Shown here: one piece after another, positions 45,995-56,477 of the stretch | How positions within the stretch are numbered: position 1 is the first letter of the stretch | Layout of the letters: each line of letters starts with the position of its first letter | Origin: an uncultured Dehalococcoidales bacterium | GTDB lineage: Bacteria; Chloroflexota; Dehalococcoidia; Dehalococcoidales; UBA2162 | DNA: 64,000 bases | Direction: 5' to 3' | NCBI GenBank assembly: GCA_964453525.1 | Contig: CAYVOV010000023.1 | Span: 262 to 64,261, forward strand | Notes under the pieces: generated by a model | Seen by the model: the letters and a program-made list of their open reading frames with translations, nothing else | Told to the model about the DNA's origin: nothing | Database searches by the model: none | Made by a program: the position numbers and the translations under genes

Positions 45995-46531
45995 GTGAAA
46001 TGTAAAATTTGCGGGCATGATAACCTTCCTGAAGCGCGATTCTGCGCCAACTGCGGGGCTGCCCTGGTCACGGAAACGCAGCCTCCGGCAGCGCCGGTAT
46101 CTCCCCCGGGAACAGAAACTGCACCAGCACCGATGGAGATATCCGGTGAATACGCCGGGTTCTGGATACGTCTGGTGGCGGCAATTATCGATGGTGCCAT
46201 ACTTGCTGTTGCCACTTTTTTCACCAGAGGATTCGGTACCATACTTGTCTGGCTATACTTCTGGCTCTTTACCGGACTTACCGGACAGACTCTCGGCAAG
46301 ATGGTAGTTGGTGTCAAGGTTGTCGATGCCAAAGGAGATAGGCCTACGATTGGTATTGCCGCACTGAGAGAAATTCTGGGCAAGACCTTATCTGTTATTG
46401 CATTATTTATTGGCCTACTCTGGATTGCCTGGGACGATAAGAAACAGGGCTGGCATGACAAAATTGCAGGTACTTACGTGGTAAAGGTGGTGAAGACAGA
46501 AAGGAAGGAATCAGAGGAGGGGAGATTATGA
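45995..46531 (+). CDS. Zinc-ribbon plus RDD-family membrane protein
   Basis: GTG start; KCKICGHDNLPEARFCANCG; RDD residues in FWIRLVAAIIDG and GWHDKIAGTYVV. Confidence 0.7.
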   Translation: MKCKICGHDNLPEARFCANCGAALVTETQPPAAPVSPPGTETAPAPMEISGEYAGFWIRLVAAIIDGAILAVATFFTRGFGTILVWLYFWLFTGLTGQTLGKMVVGVKVVDAKGDRPTIGIAALREILGKTLSVIALFIGLLWIAWDDKKQGWHDKIAGTYVVKVVKTERKESEEGRL

Positions 46532-48495
46532 AGTGTCCAAACTGTCAGAGAGAGAATGAACCGACAAGCCATTTCTGTATCTACTGTGGTTCCATCCTGC
46601 AATCATCCGAAACAGGACCCTCCCCGGAACCAGAGCAGAGTTCCGACGAGGTTCCTCTAGAGTACCTGCAAAGTCTTCGCCGCGATATTCAGAGACTGGA
46701 AGGGCTTATCAGTCTGATGAATGAACGCCTTCTTGCTATGGAAAAGTTATCCAACCTACCTTCCGCGGAAGCTCGGCCAGCCGAGCCGGTAACTCCGCCA
46801 CCGGCAGAGCCTGTTCCGGTAAGTGCGGCGGCCGGCGCCGGGGAAGCCCCGGTCGTAGAACGCTGGGAGAGCCCAATCGAGCAGCCGCCTTTACCACCGG
46901 GCACTGAAGCTAAAAAGAGTACCTTTAAAGAACGGGAGTGGGAGCAGATTCTGGGAGGGCACTGGCTGGCAAGAATCGGCGTTATTGCAATCGTTATAGG
47001 CATAGGCTTTTTCCTTAAGTATGCCTTTGACAATAACTGGATTGGTCCCACCGGACGAATCATTCTGGGTATTGTTGCCGGTCTGGCAATGCTCGGCGGC
47101 GGTTACTACTGGCAGAAAAAATACCCGATACTCGCTCAGGCAATCAGCGGCGGCGGCATCGCCGTTCTCTATCTTTCCATCTTTGCCGCCTTTGCGGTAT
47201 ATGACCTGATACACTTTTACGTCGCCTTTGGCTTCCTGTTTCTTGTCAGCATCACGTCGGCAGGTCTAGCCCTTCGCTACAATTCAATGGCTCTGGCAAT
47301 AATCGGTATCCTCGGTGCCTTTTTGGCTCCCTTCATTTTATCGGTCTCCGCTCCATCGGTACCCGGCACCGGCAGTACCGACACTGGCTTCTGGCTTCTC
47401 ATCGGCTATGTAATGGTAGTGGACATCGGAGTCCTGGTTCTATCCACCTTCCGTAACTGGCGCTGGTTTACCCTGTTGGCACTTATAAGTTCGCTCTCGG
47501 TCTATGGCCTGCTGCACATGAATAGCGTCGGCATCCTGGCTTCGATGCTGAGCCTGACCATCATCTTTCTCATCTTTGTCGGAGCGACGACTTTATTCAA
47601 CATTGTCTGGCGCCGTCCTGCCCAGCCTTTTGACGAGGCAGTTATAGTTATCAATGCAGCGGCATATTTCGGGATAAGCTTCGGACTGATGTGGAGTGAT
47701 TTCCGAATCTGGCTCGGCGGCTTCGCTGTACTGCTGGCACTGTTTTATGGCGTTATTGCCTATATTGTCCTCAGGAGAGGCACTGAGAATGTTAGGCTTG
47801 GGTTTTTTGCCCTGAGCATCGCCCTTGTTTTTCTCACCATTGCCATACCGGTCCAGATTGGCGACCGGGCATGGACAACGATAGCCTGGGCTGCCGAAGG
47901 CATAGTTCTACTCTGGCTGTCATTCACCCTGCGTATGCACCAGCTCCGCGGCTACGGATATGCCGTATTGATAATTACCATGCTGCGCCTGCTGTTTTTC
48001 GACCACATAGTGGATATGCGTACCTATCAGCCCATTCTAAATGAGCGATTCCTTGCTTTTGCCGTCAGCATTGCCGCCTTTTACTTTGGCGGTTACCTTC
48101 TCCGGCGGAACAGAGAGACGCTGCGGGAATGGGAGCAGCAAATGCTTTCCATATACCCGGTTCTGTTCGTTGCCGCTAACTTTTTTACAATCTGGCTGCT
48201 CAGCGCCGAGGTTATCGACTACTTCGATACCTCACTTGCCCTCACCATTCTCTGGGCGGTCTATGCCGTGATGCTCCTTGTTATCGGCATGGTCAAGCAG
48301 TGGCGTCCGGTCAGGTTGTGGGCACTGGCTACATTAGTCATTCCCATAGTAAAAGTTTTCGCCTATGACGTATTTACGCTGGACAGGGTATACCGTATCA
48401 TTGCATTTATCGTGCTGGGGCTCCTGCTGGTTGCCAGCGGTTATCTCTATAACCGTTATAACAAATCGATAAGAGGATTTATTGCTAAGAAATAA
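46528..48495 (+). CDS. Zinc-ribbon plus DUF2339-type polytopic membrane protein (655 aa)
   Basis: KCPNCQRENEPTSHFCIYCG, Pro/Ala linker, then about 16 TM helices; ATGA overlap with the RDD gene. Confidence 0.6.
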   Translation: MKCPNCQRENEPTSHFCIYCGSILQSSETGPSPEPEQSSDEVPLEYLQSLRRDIQRLEGLISLMNERLLAMEKLSNLPSAEARPAEPVTPPPAEPVPVSAAAGAGEAPVVERWESPIEQPPLPPGTEAKKSTFKEREWEQILGGHWLARIGVIAIVIGIGFFLKYAFDNNWIGPTGRIILGIVAGLAMLGGGYYWQKKYPILAQAISGGGIAVLYLSIFAAFAVYDLIHFYVAFGFLFLVSITSAGLALRYNSMALAIIGILGAFLAPFILSVSAPSVPGTGSTDTGFWLLIGYVMVVDIGVLVLSTFRNWRWFTLLALISSLSVYGLLHMNSVGILASMLSLTIIFLIFVGATTLFNIVWRRPAQPFDEAVIVINAAAYFGISFGLMWSDFRIWLGGFAVLLALFYGVIAYIVLRRGTENVRLGFFALSIALVFLTIAIPVQIGDRAWTTIAWAAEGIVLLWLSFTLRMHQLRGYGYAVLIITMLRLLFFDHIVDMRTYQPILNERFLAFAVSIAAFYFGGYLLRRNRETLREWEQQMLSIYPVLFVAANFFTIWLLSAEVIDYFDTSLALTILWAVYAVMLLVIGMVKQWRPVRLWALATLVIPIVKVFAYDVFTLDRVYRIIAFIVLGLLLVASGYLYNRYNKSIRGFIAKK

Positions 48496-49789
48496 CAGTT
48501 TGACTATTTCTGGATTACTTCTTTCAGCCATTGTCCTCTTTTCAATGGGTGTTTCCACCGTTTATGCTGCCTTTTCCCTGAGTGACTGGAAATACGTCAA
48601 GCCTATCATCATCCCTGCGAGTCTGAAGGAAGCGGACCTTATAGAATTCTCACCTGATGATGAGGTCTTTGGCGGCGCGGCGTCTGGTCTGGCTGACCTG
48701 CGTATAGTCACTGCCAGCATCACTGAAGTACCTTACAAGCTTGAGGTTAAGGTAGCCGAGAAGAAGCGGACACCAATCGCTGTTACTCTTCGCGATAAAG
48801 GTTATGTTGCCGGAGCCTATACTACATTTATCGCCGACCTGGGAAGGGCAGGGATTCTGCATAACGAGATTGAATTTCAGTCTCCCACCGACAACTTCCG
48901 TCGTACTGCCGTGGTGGAGACCAGCAATAACAGGCAGACCTGGATGAAGGTTGCCGAGCAGACTGTTTATGACTTCACGGTAAAAGAACGCAATTTTACC
49001 ACCAGTGATACCGCAATACGCTATCCGGAAAGCACAGCCCGTTACCTGCGGGTTAAGATTGATGATGAGGAAGGAATGCCGGTCGAGATAACCCGCGCCA
49101 CTTTATTCTATGTTGAAGAGACCGCAGCCGATGAAACGTCAAGGAGGGTAACCGTTCAGGACGTTGTCCAGGATAGAGAGAAGGGTATTACCACAGTCGA
49201 CCTTGATACCGGCGCCGCGGGAATTCCCAGCCACCGCCTGGCTGTCCGGACTGCCGATGTCAATTTCCACCGCCAGGTTACAATTCAGGCAAGCCGGGAC
49301 AGGAAATCATGGAGGACGATACAATCGAACTCGGAAATTTATGCCTACGAGACGCCCAAGTTCACCGGTAAAAACCTGGTCATTAACTATCCGGAGTCCA
49401 CGCTACGCTATCTCCGCATTATTATTCACGACCAGGATAGCCCGCCTCTCGGCATTGATGGCATTGACCTCTGGAGTCTACGCCGCCGTATTGTCTTTCG
49501 TGCCGAACCGCCGCAGTCTTACTTCCTGTATTATGGGAATCCGGATGCCCGCCGACCATCTTATGATATCGAGAAAATATTCCCTTACCTTGAGACCGAG
49601 AATTTGGTGGATGCCAGGCTGGGTACCCAGGCAGACAATCCCGATTTCATTGAGAAGGAACCCCCGGTTACGGAACGCTTTCCCTGGCTCCTTCCTCTGG
49701 TAATAGCTTTGGCCGTGACAGTGGTGGCGCTGATATTGCTTGGCATCACCCGCCAGGCAAAGAAAGTTCTCACGCCTCCGCCGGAATAG
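48482..49789 (+). CDS. DUF3999-type secreted/anchored protein with two discoidin-like repeats
   Basis: Signal peptide, duplicated motif YPESTARYLRVKIDDEEG / YPESTLRYLRIIIHDQDS, C-terminal TM anchor; 14-nt overlap with DUF2339. Confidence 0.55.
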   Translation: MLRNNSLTISGLLLSAIVLFSMGVSTVYAAFSLSDWKYVKPIIIPASLKEADLIEFSPDDEVFGGAASGLADLRIVTASITEVPYKLEVKVAEKKRTPIAVTLRDKGYVAGAYTTFIADLGRAGILHNEIEFQSPTDNFRRTAVVETSNNRQTWMKVAEQTVYDFTVKERNFTTSDTAIRYPESTARYLRVKIDDEEGMPVEITRATLFYVEETAADETSRRVTVQDVVQDREKGITTVDLDTGAAGIPSHRLAVRTADVNFHRQVTIQASRDRKSWRTIQSNSEIYAYETPKFTGKNLVINYPESTLRYLRIIIHDQDSPPLGIDGIDLWSLRRRIVFRAEPPQSYFLYYGNPDARRPSYDIEKIFPYLETENLVDARLGTQADNPDFIEKEPPVTERFPWLLPLVIALAVTVVALILLGITRQAKKVLTPPPE

Positions 49790-49885
49790 CTATCTCACCT
49801 CACTGCCGACTCTTTGGCCGTGCCCGACTGTCCCTTCCGCTGGCTTCTGCGGTGTGTTAATATTGAGGAGAAGGCTGAAAGAGAT

Positions 49886-51202
49886 ATGGTCGAGCAGATT
49901 CGTAAACTACCCCTTTTTCCTTTAACCGCTGAAGTGAATAACCGGGGGCATCTTCTGATTGGCGGTTGTGACACGGTAGAGCTTGCCGCCGAGTTCGGCA
50001 CGCCGCTGTATGTCTTCGATGAGTCAACGTTGCGCAGCCGCTGCGCCGAGTTCAGGACGGAATTCGGCAGTCGTTACCCGCATATCAGGATTAATTATTC
50101 CTGCAAGGCTTTCATAAACAGGGCAGTTTTGCTCCTCTTCATGGAGGAAGGACTTGGACTGGATGTTGTCTCCGGCGGGGAAATCGGCATCGCCCGGTCG
50201 GTCGGCTTCCCGATGGAGAGGGTCGATTTTCCCGGCAACAATAAATCAGCCGAAGAGCTGATTTATGCACTTGAATCAGGCATACACCGGATAGTCGTCG
50301 ACAACTTCCACGAGCTGAAAATGCTTGGGGAAATAGCCGGAGAAAGAGGTTGCAGGCCAGATATTCTATTGCGCATCTCTCCTGGAGTCGACCCGCACAC
50401 CCACAAATATCTGACTACCGGGAATATTGACAGCAAGTTCGGCATTCCGATGGCTCATACTGAGAAAGCAGTGATAAATGCCATGTCCATGCCCGAGGTT
50501 AATCCGGTCGGCCTGCATTTTCACATCGGCTCGCAGATTGATGAGACCGAGTCCTATACAAAGTCAATTGATTATATCCTCGGCTTTGCCGCCGCGATGA
50601 AACAGAAGCACGGTTTCGAATGTAATGAGTTAAGTGTCGGCGGCGGGTTCGCCGTCCAGTATACTCTTGATGCTCCGGTCCCGCCCATCTCAGTCTATGC
50701 CGATGTTTTTACTTCAAGTATTATAGACAACTGCCACAGGCTGGGATTGGATGAACCGCAGCTTATCATCGAGCCGGGAAGGGCAATGGTAGCCCGGGCC
50801 GGGGTGGCATTGTATACAATTGGGGCGATTAAGGACATACCCGAAGTCAGGTGCTATGCCTCGGTGGATGGCGGCATGGCGGATAATATCCGTCCCGCTC
50901 TCTACCAGGCGAAACTGGAAGCGGTAGTGGCTAACAAGATGATGGAGAAAGAGACGCGTGAGTTTACCATTTCCGGTAAATTCTGCGAACCCGGAGACGT
51001 GTTAATCACGGATATCAGCCTGCCGGCGCTGCTTGCCGAGGATATTCTGGCAGTGGCCGGCTGCGGTGCCTACAGTATACCGGAGGCAATGAATTACAAC
51101 GCTTCGTTCAGGCCGGCAATAGTTATGGTCAATGAAGGAAAACCACGCCTCATCCGGCGGCGGGAAACCCTCGAAGACCTGATGAGATGCGATATCGTTT
51201 AA
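49886..51202 (+). CDS. lysA: Diaminopimelate decarboxylase
   Basis: ATG at 49886 with GAGGAGAAGG SD; GTPLYVFDE, YSCKAF, HFHIGSQ, GGGF, EPGR, CGAY. Confidence 0.9.
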   Translation: MVEQIRKLPLFPLTAEVNNRGHLLIGGCDTVELAAEFGTPLYVFDESTLRSRCAEFRTEFGSRYPHIRINYSCKAFINRAVLLLFMEEGLGLDVVSGGEIGIARSVGFPMERVDFPGNNKSAEELIYALESGIHRIVVDNFHELKMLGEIAGERGCRPDILLRISPGVDPHTHKYLTTGNIDSKFGIPMAHTEKAVINAMSMPEVNPVGLHFHIGSQIDETESYTKSIDYILGFAAAMKQKHGFECNELSVGGGFAVQYTLDAPVPPISVYADVFTSSIIDNCHRLGLDEPQLIIEPGRAMVARAGVALYTIGAIKDIPEVRCYASVDGGMADNIRPALYQAKLEAVVANKMMEKETREFTISGKFCEPGDVLITDISLPALLAEDILAVAGCGAYSIPEAMNYNASFRPAIVMVNEGKPRLIRRRETLEDLMRCDIV

Positions 51203-51246
51203 ATGCAGGTACCAAGTATAAACATTGAACACGCAGGACTTTCGGT

Positions 51247-52287
51247 ATGTGGCAGATAATAGGACAGAGTAAGAATGTGGACTTTCTTCAGCGTAGCTTG
51301 GAGACAGGTTCCCTGTCACATGCTTACCTTTTTGTCGGCCCCGCTCACGCCGGTAAGATGACGCTGGCGGTGAACCTGGCCCAGGCGTTAAACTGCGGTG
51401 AGGCGGTCGTTCCCTGCAACCAGTGCGACTCCTGCTTGAAGATAGATGCGGGCAAGCATGCCGATATCATGACCCTGGACCTGAGCCATAACGAAGACCC
51501 GGATGAATCCAGGCAACAAATGGAAATCAGTGTTAAACAAATAGAAGCAGCCCAGCACGCTGCCAGCCTGCCACCATTTGAAGGCAGGTGCAAGGTGTTT
51601 ATTATTGACGGCGCTGAGCTTCTATCTATAGGAGCCGCCAATCGCCTGCTGAAGACCCTTGAAGAGCCGGAAGGGAAAGTGGTCTTTATACTGCTGGCGG
51701 CGGATGAAAAACTTCTACCGGAGACGGTAGTCTCCCGATGCCAGGTCCTGAGACTGCCGCCAACACCGGCAGGAGAGATAGAAAACACCCTCATTAAGGA
51801 CCGGGGCGTTGAGCCGGAAAAGGCAAAACTTCTCGCCCGGCTCTGCCACGGCTGTCCGGGTTGGGCGGTATCGGCTGCCCGCGACGACAGCCTGCTTCAG
51901 CAGAGGAACGAGTGGGTGGACGGATTAATTGACATTATCAACGCCGTAAGCGAGGAGCGTTTTTCTTACGCCGCACAACTGGCAACCCGGTTCGGTCAGA
52001 GTCGGGAAGCTGTCTACGAAAGGCTTGATTTATGGCTCGATTTGTGGCGTGACCTGCTGTTAATCAAAGCAGCCTCAATAGATAATATTGTAAATATCGA
52101 CAGGCTGGGAACTCTTTCAGCCATGGCAGGGAATTACAATCTGTCTCAGATAAGGAGTTTCATAAAAAGTATTCAGGGAGCCAGTGTACAGCTCCGGCAG
52201 AATGCCAATCCGCGTCTGGTACTGGAGGTACTGATGCTCGACATACCGGAAGCGGCAGGATACAATAGAGTTAGATCTGCTACCTGA
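51247..52287 (+). CDS. holB: DNA polymerase III delta' subunit
   Basis: LSHAYLFVGPAHAGKMT, CNQCDSC zinc module, NRLLKTLEEP, SRCQ. Confidence 0.85.
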   Translation: MWQIIGQSKNVDFLQRSLETGSLSHAYLFVGPAHAGKMTLAVNLAQALNCGEAVVPCNQCDSCLKIDAGKHADIMTLDLSHNEDPDESRQQMEISVKQIEAAQHAASLPPFEGRCKVFIIDGAELLSIGAANRLLKTLEEPEGKVVFILLAADEKLLPETVVSRCQVLRLPPTPAGEIENTLIKDRGVEPEKAKLLARLCHGCPGWAVSAARDDSLLQQRNEWVDGLIDIINAVSEERFSYAAQLATRFGQSREAVYERLDLWLDLWRDLLLIKAASIDNIVNIDRLGTLSAMAGNYNLSQIRSFIKSIQGASVQLRQNANPRLVLEVLMLDIPEAAGYNRVRSAT

Positions 52288-52300
52288 TTAGAGGATAATT

Positions 52301-53137
52301 ATGTCTGATAATATAGTTGGAATAAGATTCAGAAGGGCCGGCAAAGTGTACTACTTCGACCCCCAGGATATCGAGCTGGAGGTAAACGACAGGGTGGTTG
52401 TCGAGACAGCCCGTGGCCTGGAACTGGGACAGGTGGCTATTGCCCCCACTCAGGTTATTGTCAGTGAGGTGAATCAACCCCTGAAGTTAGTGGTGCGTAA
52501 AGCGGAAGAAAAGGACATCAAGCGCGTTAAAGAGCTTGATGACAAGGAAAGAGAAGCTCTTATCGAATGCGGTAAGCTGATTGACAAACTTGAATTGCCG
52601 ATGAAGCTGCTGTCCGCCGAGTATAATCTTGAGGGCAATCGCCTTACGTTACGCTTCAGCGCCGCCGAGAGAGTTGATTTCCGGGAGCTTGTCAGGGAGC
52701 TGGCAAGCCGCCTGAAGGTACGCGTGGAGATGCGGCAGACAGGACCGAGAGATGAGGCCAAGCTGATTGGCGGCTGCGGCCGGTGCGGTCGTCCGATGTG
52801 CTGTGGCAGCTTCCTCAGCGAGTTTGCCCCCGTTTCAATGAGAATGGCAAAGGACCAGGGCTTACCCCTCAACCCGATGAAAATATCGGGCGTTTGCGGC
52901 AGGCTTATGTGCTGCCTTGTCTACGAGAACGAGCAGTACCACGAGATGAAAGGGAAACTACCAAAAAACGGTCAGAAGGTATCGACACCCTCCGGCACAG
53001 CCAAGGTACTCGGCACGAATCCTCTCAAACAAACAGTAACGGTTGAGTTTGAGAGTAAAGCAACCCAGGAATTGCCACTCAGCGAGATTAGCGTTGAAGT
53101 CGAAGACAGACAGGCGCAAAAGAAGGCGGGAAAATAA
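52301..53137 (+). CDS. PSP1 domain protein (YaaT/RicT-like)
   Basis: GCGRCGRPMCCGSFL, GVCGRLMCCL; conserved position after holB. Confidence 0.8.
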   Translation: MSDNIVGIRFRRAGKVYYFDPQDIELEVNDRVVVETARGLELGQVAIAPTQVIVSEVNQPLKLVVRKAEEKDIKRVKELDDKEREALIECGKLIDKLELPMKLLSAEYNLEGNRLTLRFSAAERVDFRELVRELASRLKVRVEMRQTGPRDEAKLIGGCGRCGRPMCCGSFLSEFAPVSMRMAKDQGLPLNPMKISGVCGRLMCCLVYENEQYHEMKGKLPKNGQKVSTPSGTAKVLGTNPLKQTVTVEFESKATQELPLSEISVEVEDRQAQKKAGK

Positions 53138-53768
53138 TTCCCGTCCACCTTCTTTAACCGAAGAAAGACTGCTCGAAGCAGAGGGCTACCGGTATATTGC
53201 CGGTATAGATGAGGTCGGGCGGGGTGCTCTCGCCGGGCCGGTAGTAGCCGCCGCCGTTATCCTGCCTCTCAAGATGAAACACCGCTGGTCCAGTCAGGTC
53301 AGAGACAGCAAGCAGTTGACTCCTGCCAGGCGCGAAATCCTCTTTCACCATATCCACGAAACGGCAATATCAATCGGAATCGGCTCCGCCGACCGTGAGA
53401 TAGTAGATACCCGGGGTATAGTCAGGGCAACGCGACTGGCGATGAAGCTTGCCGTGGAGCAGCTTTCGCCCCCACCGGACGCTCTGCTCATTGACTATAT
53501 GCGTCTTCCTGAGGTCAGATTACCCCAGAGGGGGATAATCGACGGTGACAGCCGGTGCTTCTTTATTGCCTGTGCCTCGATTGTCGCCAAGGTCACCAGA
53601 GACCGCTTGATGACAGAGATGGACAGCACCTATCCCGAGTACGGACTCGCCCGCCATAAAGGCTACGGAACCAGAGAGCACCTTTCTTGCCTTTCCCGGC
53701 TGGGACCATCACCCATCCACCGGCAGACCTTCAGGCCGGTAAGGGAAATGCTCCAGCGTTTGTTATAA
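53094..53768 (+). CDS. rnhB: Ribonuclease HII (start uncertain: TTG 53094 or TTG 53043)
   Basis: IAGIDEVGRGALAGPVVAAAV, DSKQL, HKGYGT. Confidence 0.8.
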   Translation: MKSKTDRRKRRRENNSRPPSLTEERLLEAEGYRYIAGIDEVGRGALAGPVVAAAVILPLKMKHRWSSQVRDSKQLTPARREILFHHIHETAISIGIGSADREIVDTRGIVRATRLAMKLAVEQLSPPPDALLIDYMRLPEVRLPQRGIIDGDSRCFFIACASIVAKVTRDRLMTEMDSTYPEYGLARHKGYGTREHLSCLSRLGPSPIHRQTFRPVREMLQRLL

Positions 53769-53983
53769 ATTTCTCTCTGTCTCCCTTTGCCAAGGGGAGA
53801 AGTCAGAATAAACATTATCATAATGACCCACAAATTATGGTAAGAGGAGTATAATGGGGGCGAAGCCACTATATTAACAGAGAGCTTGAGGGAGGCGCAG
53901 TCTCGATATTAATGGGAAGTTAGAGAGGGGCGAAGCCCCTCTCACCATAAATTAGTCCCCCTTCCCCTTTTACAAAGGGGGGC

Positions 53984-54144
53984 CTTGCCTCAAAAGTCAT
54001 TCTGGAGTCCGCCACTGGCGGACGAAGAATCTCAGGGTGGGGAGTCAAGGTAATACCCCTCCTCCCTGAGACCCTTCGCGGAGTTTACACTGACCGGAGC
54101 GAATGTGCTCGGGGTGACAGGGACACACGACTTTTTAGGCAAAG
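53984..54144 (+). repeat. Family A MITE-like repeat, copy 3
   Basis: Same architecture and near-identical sequence to copies 1, 2 and 4. Confidence 0.85.
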
Positions 54145-54199
54145 CTCCTTTAAAAGGGAAAGGGGAATGGGGTTATATAAATAAGGTAGCTAAAACGGA

Positions 54200-54565
54200 A
54201 TGAAACGAAGAAATACCGGTATCCTCGGAGAGAACCTGGCAAAGAATTTCCTGAAAAAAAAGAAATATAAAATTATTGAAACAAACTACCGCTGTCCTCA
54301 GGGCGAAATCGATATTGTAGCCAGGCATAAAGATTATCTCGTCTTTATCGAGGTAAGGAGCAAGACCAGCCTGAATTACGGCAGCCCCGAAGAATCAGTC
54401 ACCCCTATAAAAAAAGAAAGATTGATAAATGCCGCCTATCATTACCGGCAGAGCCACAATGACCTGCCAGAGCTATGGCGTATCGATTTCGTAGCCGTAG
54501 AGATTACCCCGGAAGGCAAACCCTCACGAATCGAGCTTATTGAAAATGCCGTAGGCGGTGACTAG
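54200..54565 (+). CDS. yraN: YraN-family (UPF0102) endonuclease-like protein
   Basis: GENLAKNFL...GEIDIVA...LVFIEVRSK (D-ExK). Confidence 0.8.
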   Translation: MKRRNTGILGENLAKNFLKKKKYKIIETNYRCPQGEIDIVARHKDYLVFIEVRSKTSLNYGSPEESVTPIKKERLINAAYHYRQSHNDLPELWRIDFVAVEITPEGKPSRIELIENAVGGD

Positions 54566-54634
54566 ATAGCACTGGTATTTTTATTAATCTAACCGCTTCC
54601 GTCCTCTTCTATTTTAGGAAGATAGGAGTAAAAA

Positions 54635-54982
54635 ATGAAAGAAGTGGTATCAAGTCCGGCTCTGGTAGCATATTGCGGTCTTTATTGCGGTGCCTGCGGG
54701 TCATATTTAAGAGAGCGCTGTCCCGGCTGTCATGAGAACGAAAAAGCGAAATGGTGCAAGGTCAGGATATGCTGCATTGAAAATGAGTACCTGTCCTGTG
54801 CCGAGTGCAAGGAGTTCGATAATCCAAAGGACTGTAAGAAGTTCGAGAATATATTTGCCAGGCTGGCAAGTTTTTTCTTTCGCTCGGACAGGCTTGCCTG
54901 TATCCGGCAGATTAAAGACCTGGGGATTCAGGGTCACGCCGATAATATGGCCGAACACAGGCGGCAGACAATTAAGAAATAG
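54635..54982 (+). CDS. DUF3795-type Cys-rich protein
   Basis: CGLYCGACGSY...CPGC...CKVRICC...CAEC. Confidence 0.6.
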   Translation: MKEVVSSPALVAYCGLYCGACGSYLRERCPGCHENEKAKWCKVRICCIENEYLSCAECKEFDNPKDCKKFENIFARLASFFFRSDRLACIRQIKDLGIQGHADNMAEHRRQTIKK

Positions 54983-55035
54983 TTCTTTACACAGACAATC
55001 GACCTTGATTTGATGCTATCGATTTTGGCGCGTAG

Positions 55036-55226
55036 TGTCATTGCGAGCCCCGACTCGTTCCGATATGTCAGAGTGGATGAAATCGGGGCGTGTCAATTTC
55101 TTACTTCCTATGTCATTGCGAGCGAAGCGAAGCAATCTCTATTGATATATTTATATAGATTGCCACGTCGTCCCGATTCTATCGGGACTCCTCGCAATGA
55201 CAACTATTGAGATTGCCGCGTCGTCC
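55036..55226. repeat. Family B hairpin repeat array
   Basis: GTCATTGCGAGCCCCGA..., GTCATTGCGAGCGAAGCGAAGCAATCTC, GATTGCCACGTCGTCCCGATTCTATCGGGACTCCTCGCAATGACA, GAGATTGCCGCGTCGTCC. Confidence 0.8.
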
Positions 55227-55394
55227 TCTTTTGAAGGACAGTTACGCGAAATGGCAAATAAATCAACCATATGATAACAGAATCTCGGATTTACCAGCTT
55301 TACCGTTCAGGTTAGCTGTGTTAAAATTAAGCGCCGTGGAAAGAGCTTATGCCGGTCTGAAAATGCCCCGTAATAACCGGGAAGGATTAAGGGC

Positions 55395-56477
55395 ATGACT
55401 TCGCCACATTCAGCCTCGCGTCTGGTTATGCGCATTATTGACGCCAACTTTAACAGAATTGGCGAAGGGCTGCGCCTTCTCGAGGAAATAGCCCGCCTGA
55501 TGCTTGACGATTCTCAATTGACCCAGCAACTGAAGACCCTGAGGCACGACCTTATCCGGAGTGACCCGTCTTTCAACAGGCAGCTTATCCAGTCGCGACA
55601 AGCCGAAAGTGATATCGGCGCTGATATGGATGTCCCCGGGGAAGAAAAGGAAAAAGAGCTGCCGCTGGTGCTGGTCGCTAATGCTAGGAGAGTGCAGGAA
55701 TCGCTGAGAACACTGGAAGAGCTTGCCAAGGTTCCGAATGCCGCTGTCAGGCTGGACTCTGATAAATTCAGGCAGGCACGCTTTAATCTGTACACGATAG
55801 AGCAGGAACTGATGTCAAGACTGCTCGGCAGGGAGAAACTGGTGCACATCTCCGGGCTGTATGTTATTATAGACACCGAAATGCTTAAAGGGCGCAACCA
55901 TGTGGAAATAGCCGACCAGGCAATCCGGGGCGGCGCCAGAACAATTCAACTGCGTGACAAAGTCCAGAGTAAGGGAAAAGTCCTGGCCCTGGCACGGGAA
56001 CTACAGGTACTTTGCACTGAAAAAGACACGCTCTTCATAATGAATGACTATGCCGATATAGCCATGGCTGCCGATGCCGACGGACTGCACCTGGGACAGG
56101 ACGACCTGCCCATTGAAGCAGCCCGTAAATTACTGCCGCTGGGCAAGATTCTCGGCTGCTCGACAACCACTGTCGAACAGGCGGTTGCCGCCGAATCTGG
56201 AGGAGCTGACTATATAGCCGTCGGCGCAATCTACCCGACATCATCGAAAACGTCAACAACCACGCCGGCGAAGGTCGTCGGGCTGGGAACTCTGCGCCGG
56301 GTAAGGCAAGCGGTGAACGTCCCGCTGGTGGCAATCGGCGGCATCACTGCGGAAAATACACCTGAAGCTATAGCCGCCGGGGCCGATTCTGTAGCGGTAA
56401 TCAGTGCCGTACTGGCAGCGGAGTCGCCTGAAGAAGCATCAAGGCAAATAGCGGACAGTTTTGAGGCGGAAAAATGA
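55395..56477 (+). CDS. thiE: Thiamine-phosphate synthase with a ~150-aa N-terminal extension
   Basis: C-terminal ~210 aa: LYVIIDT..., IQLRDK, LHLGQDD, YIAVGAIYPT, VAIGGI. The N-terminal helical domain is unassigned. Confidence 0.8.
   Translation: MTSPHSASRLVMRIIDANFNRIGEGLRLLEEIARLMLDDSQLTQQLKTLRHDLIRSDPSFNRQLIQSRQAESDIGADMDVPGEEKEKELPLVLVANARRVQESLRTLEELAKVPNAAVRLDSDKFRQARFNLYTIEQELMSRLLGREKLVHISGLYVIIDTEMLKGRNHVEIADQAIRGGARTIQLRDKVQSKGKVLALARELQVLCTEKDTLFIMNDYADIAMAADADGLHLGQDDLPIEAARKLLPLGKILGCSTTTVEQAVAAESGGADYIAVGAIYPTSSKTSTTTPAKVVGLGTLRRVRQAVNVPLVAIGGITAENTPEAIAAGADSVAVISAVLAAESPEEASRQIADSFEAEK

Noticed and set aside
45943-46461. 172-aa minus-strand ORF
   Set aside because: It is antisense to the zinc-ribbon-RDD gene and has a low-complexity translation.
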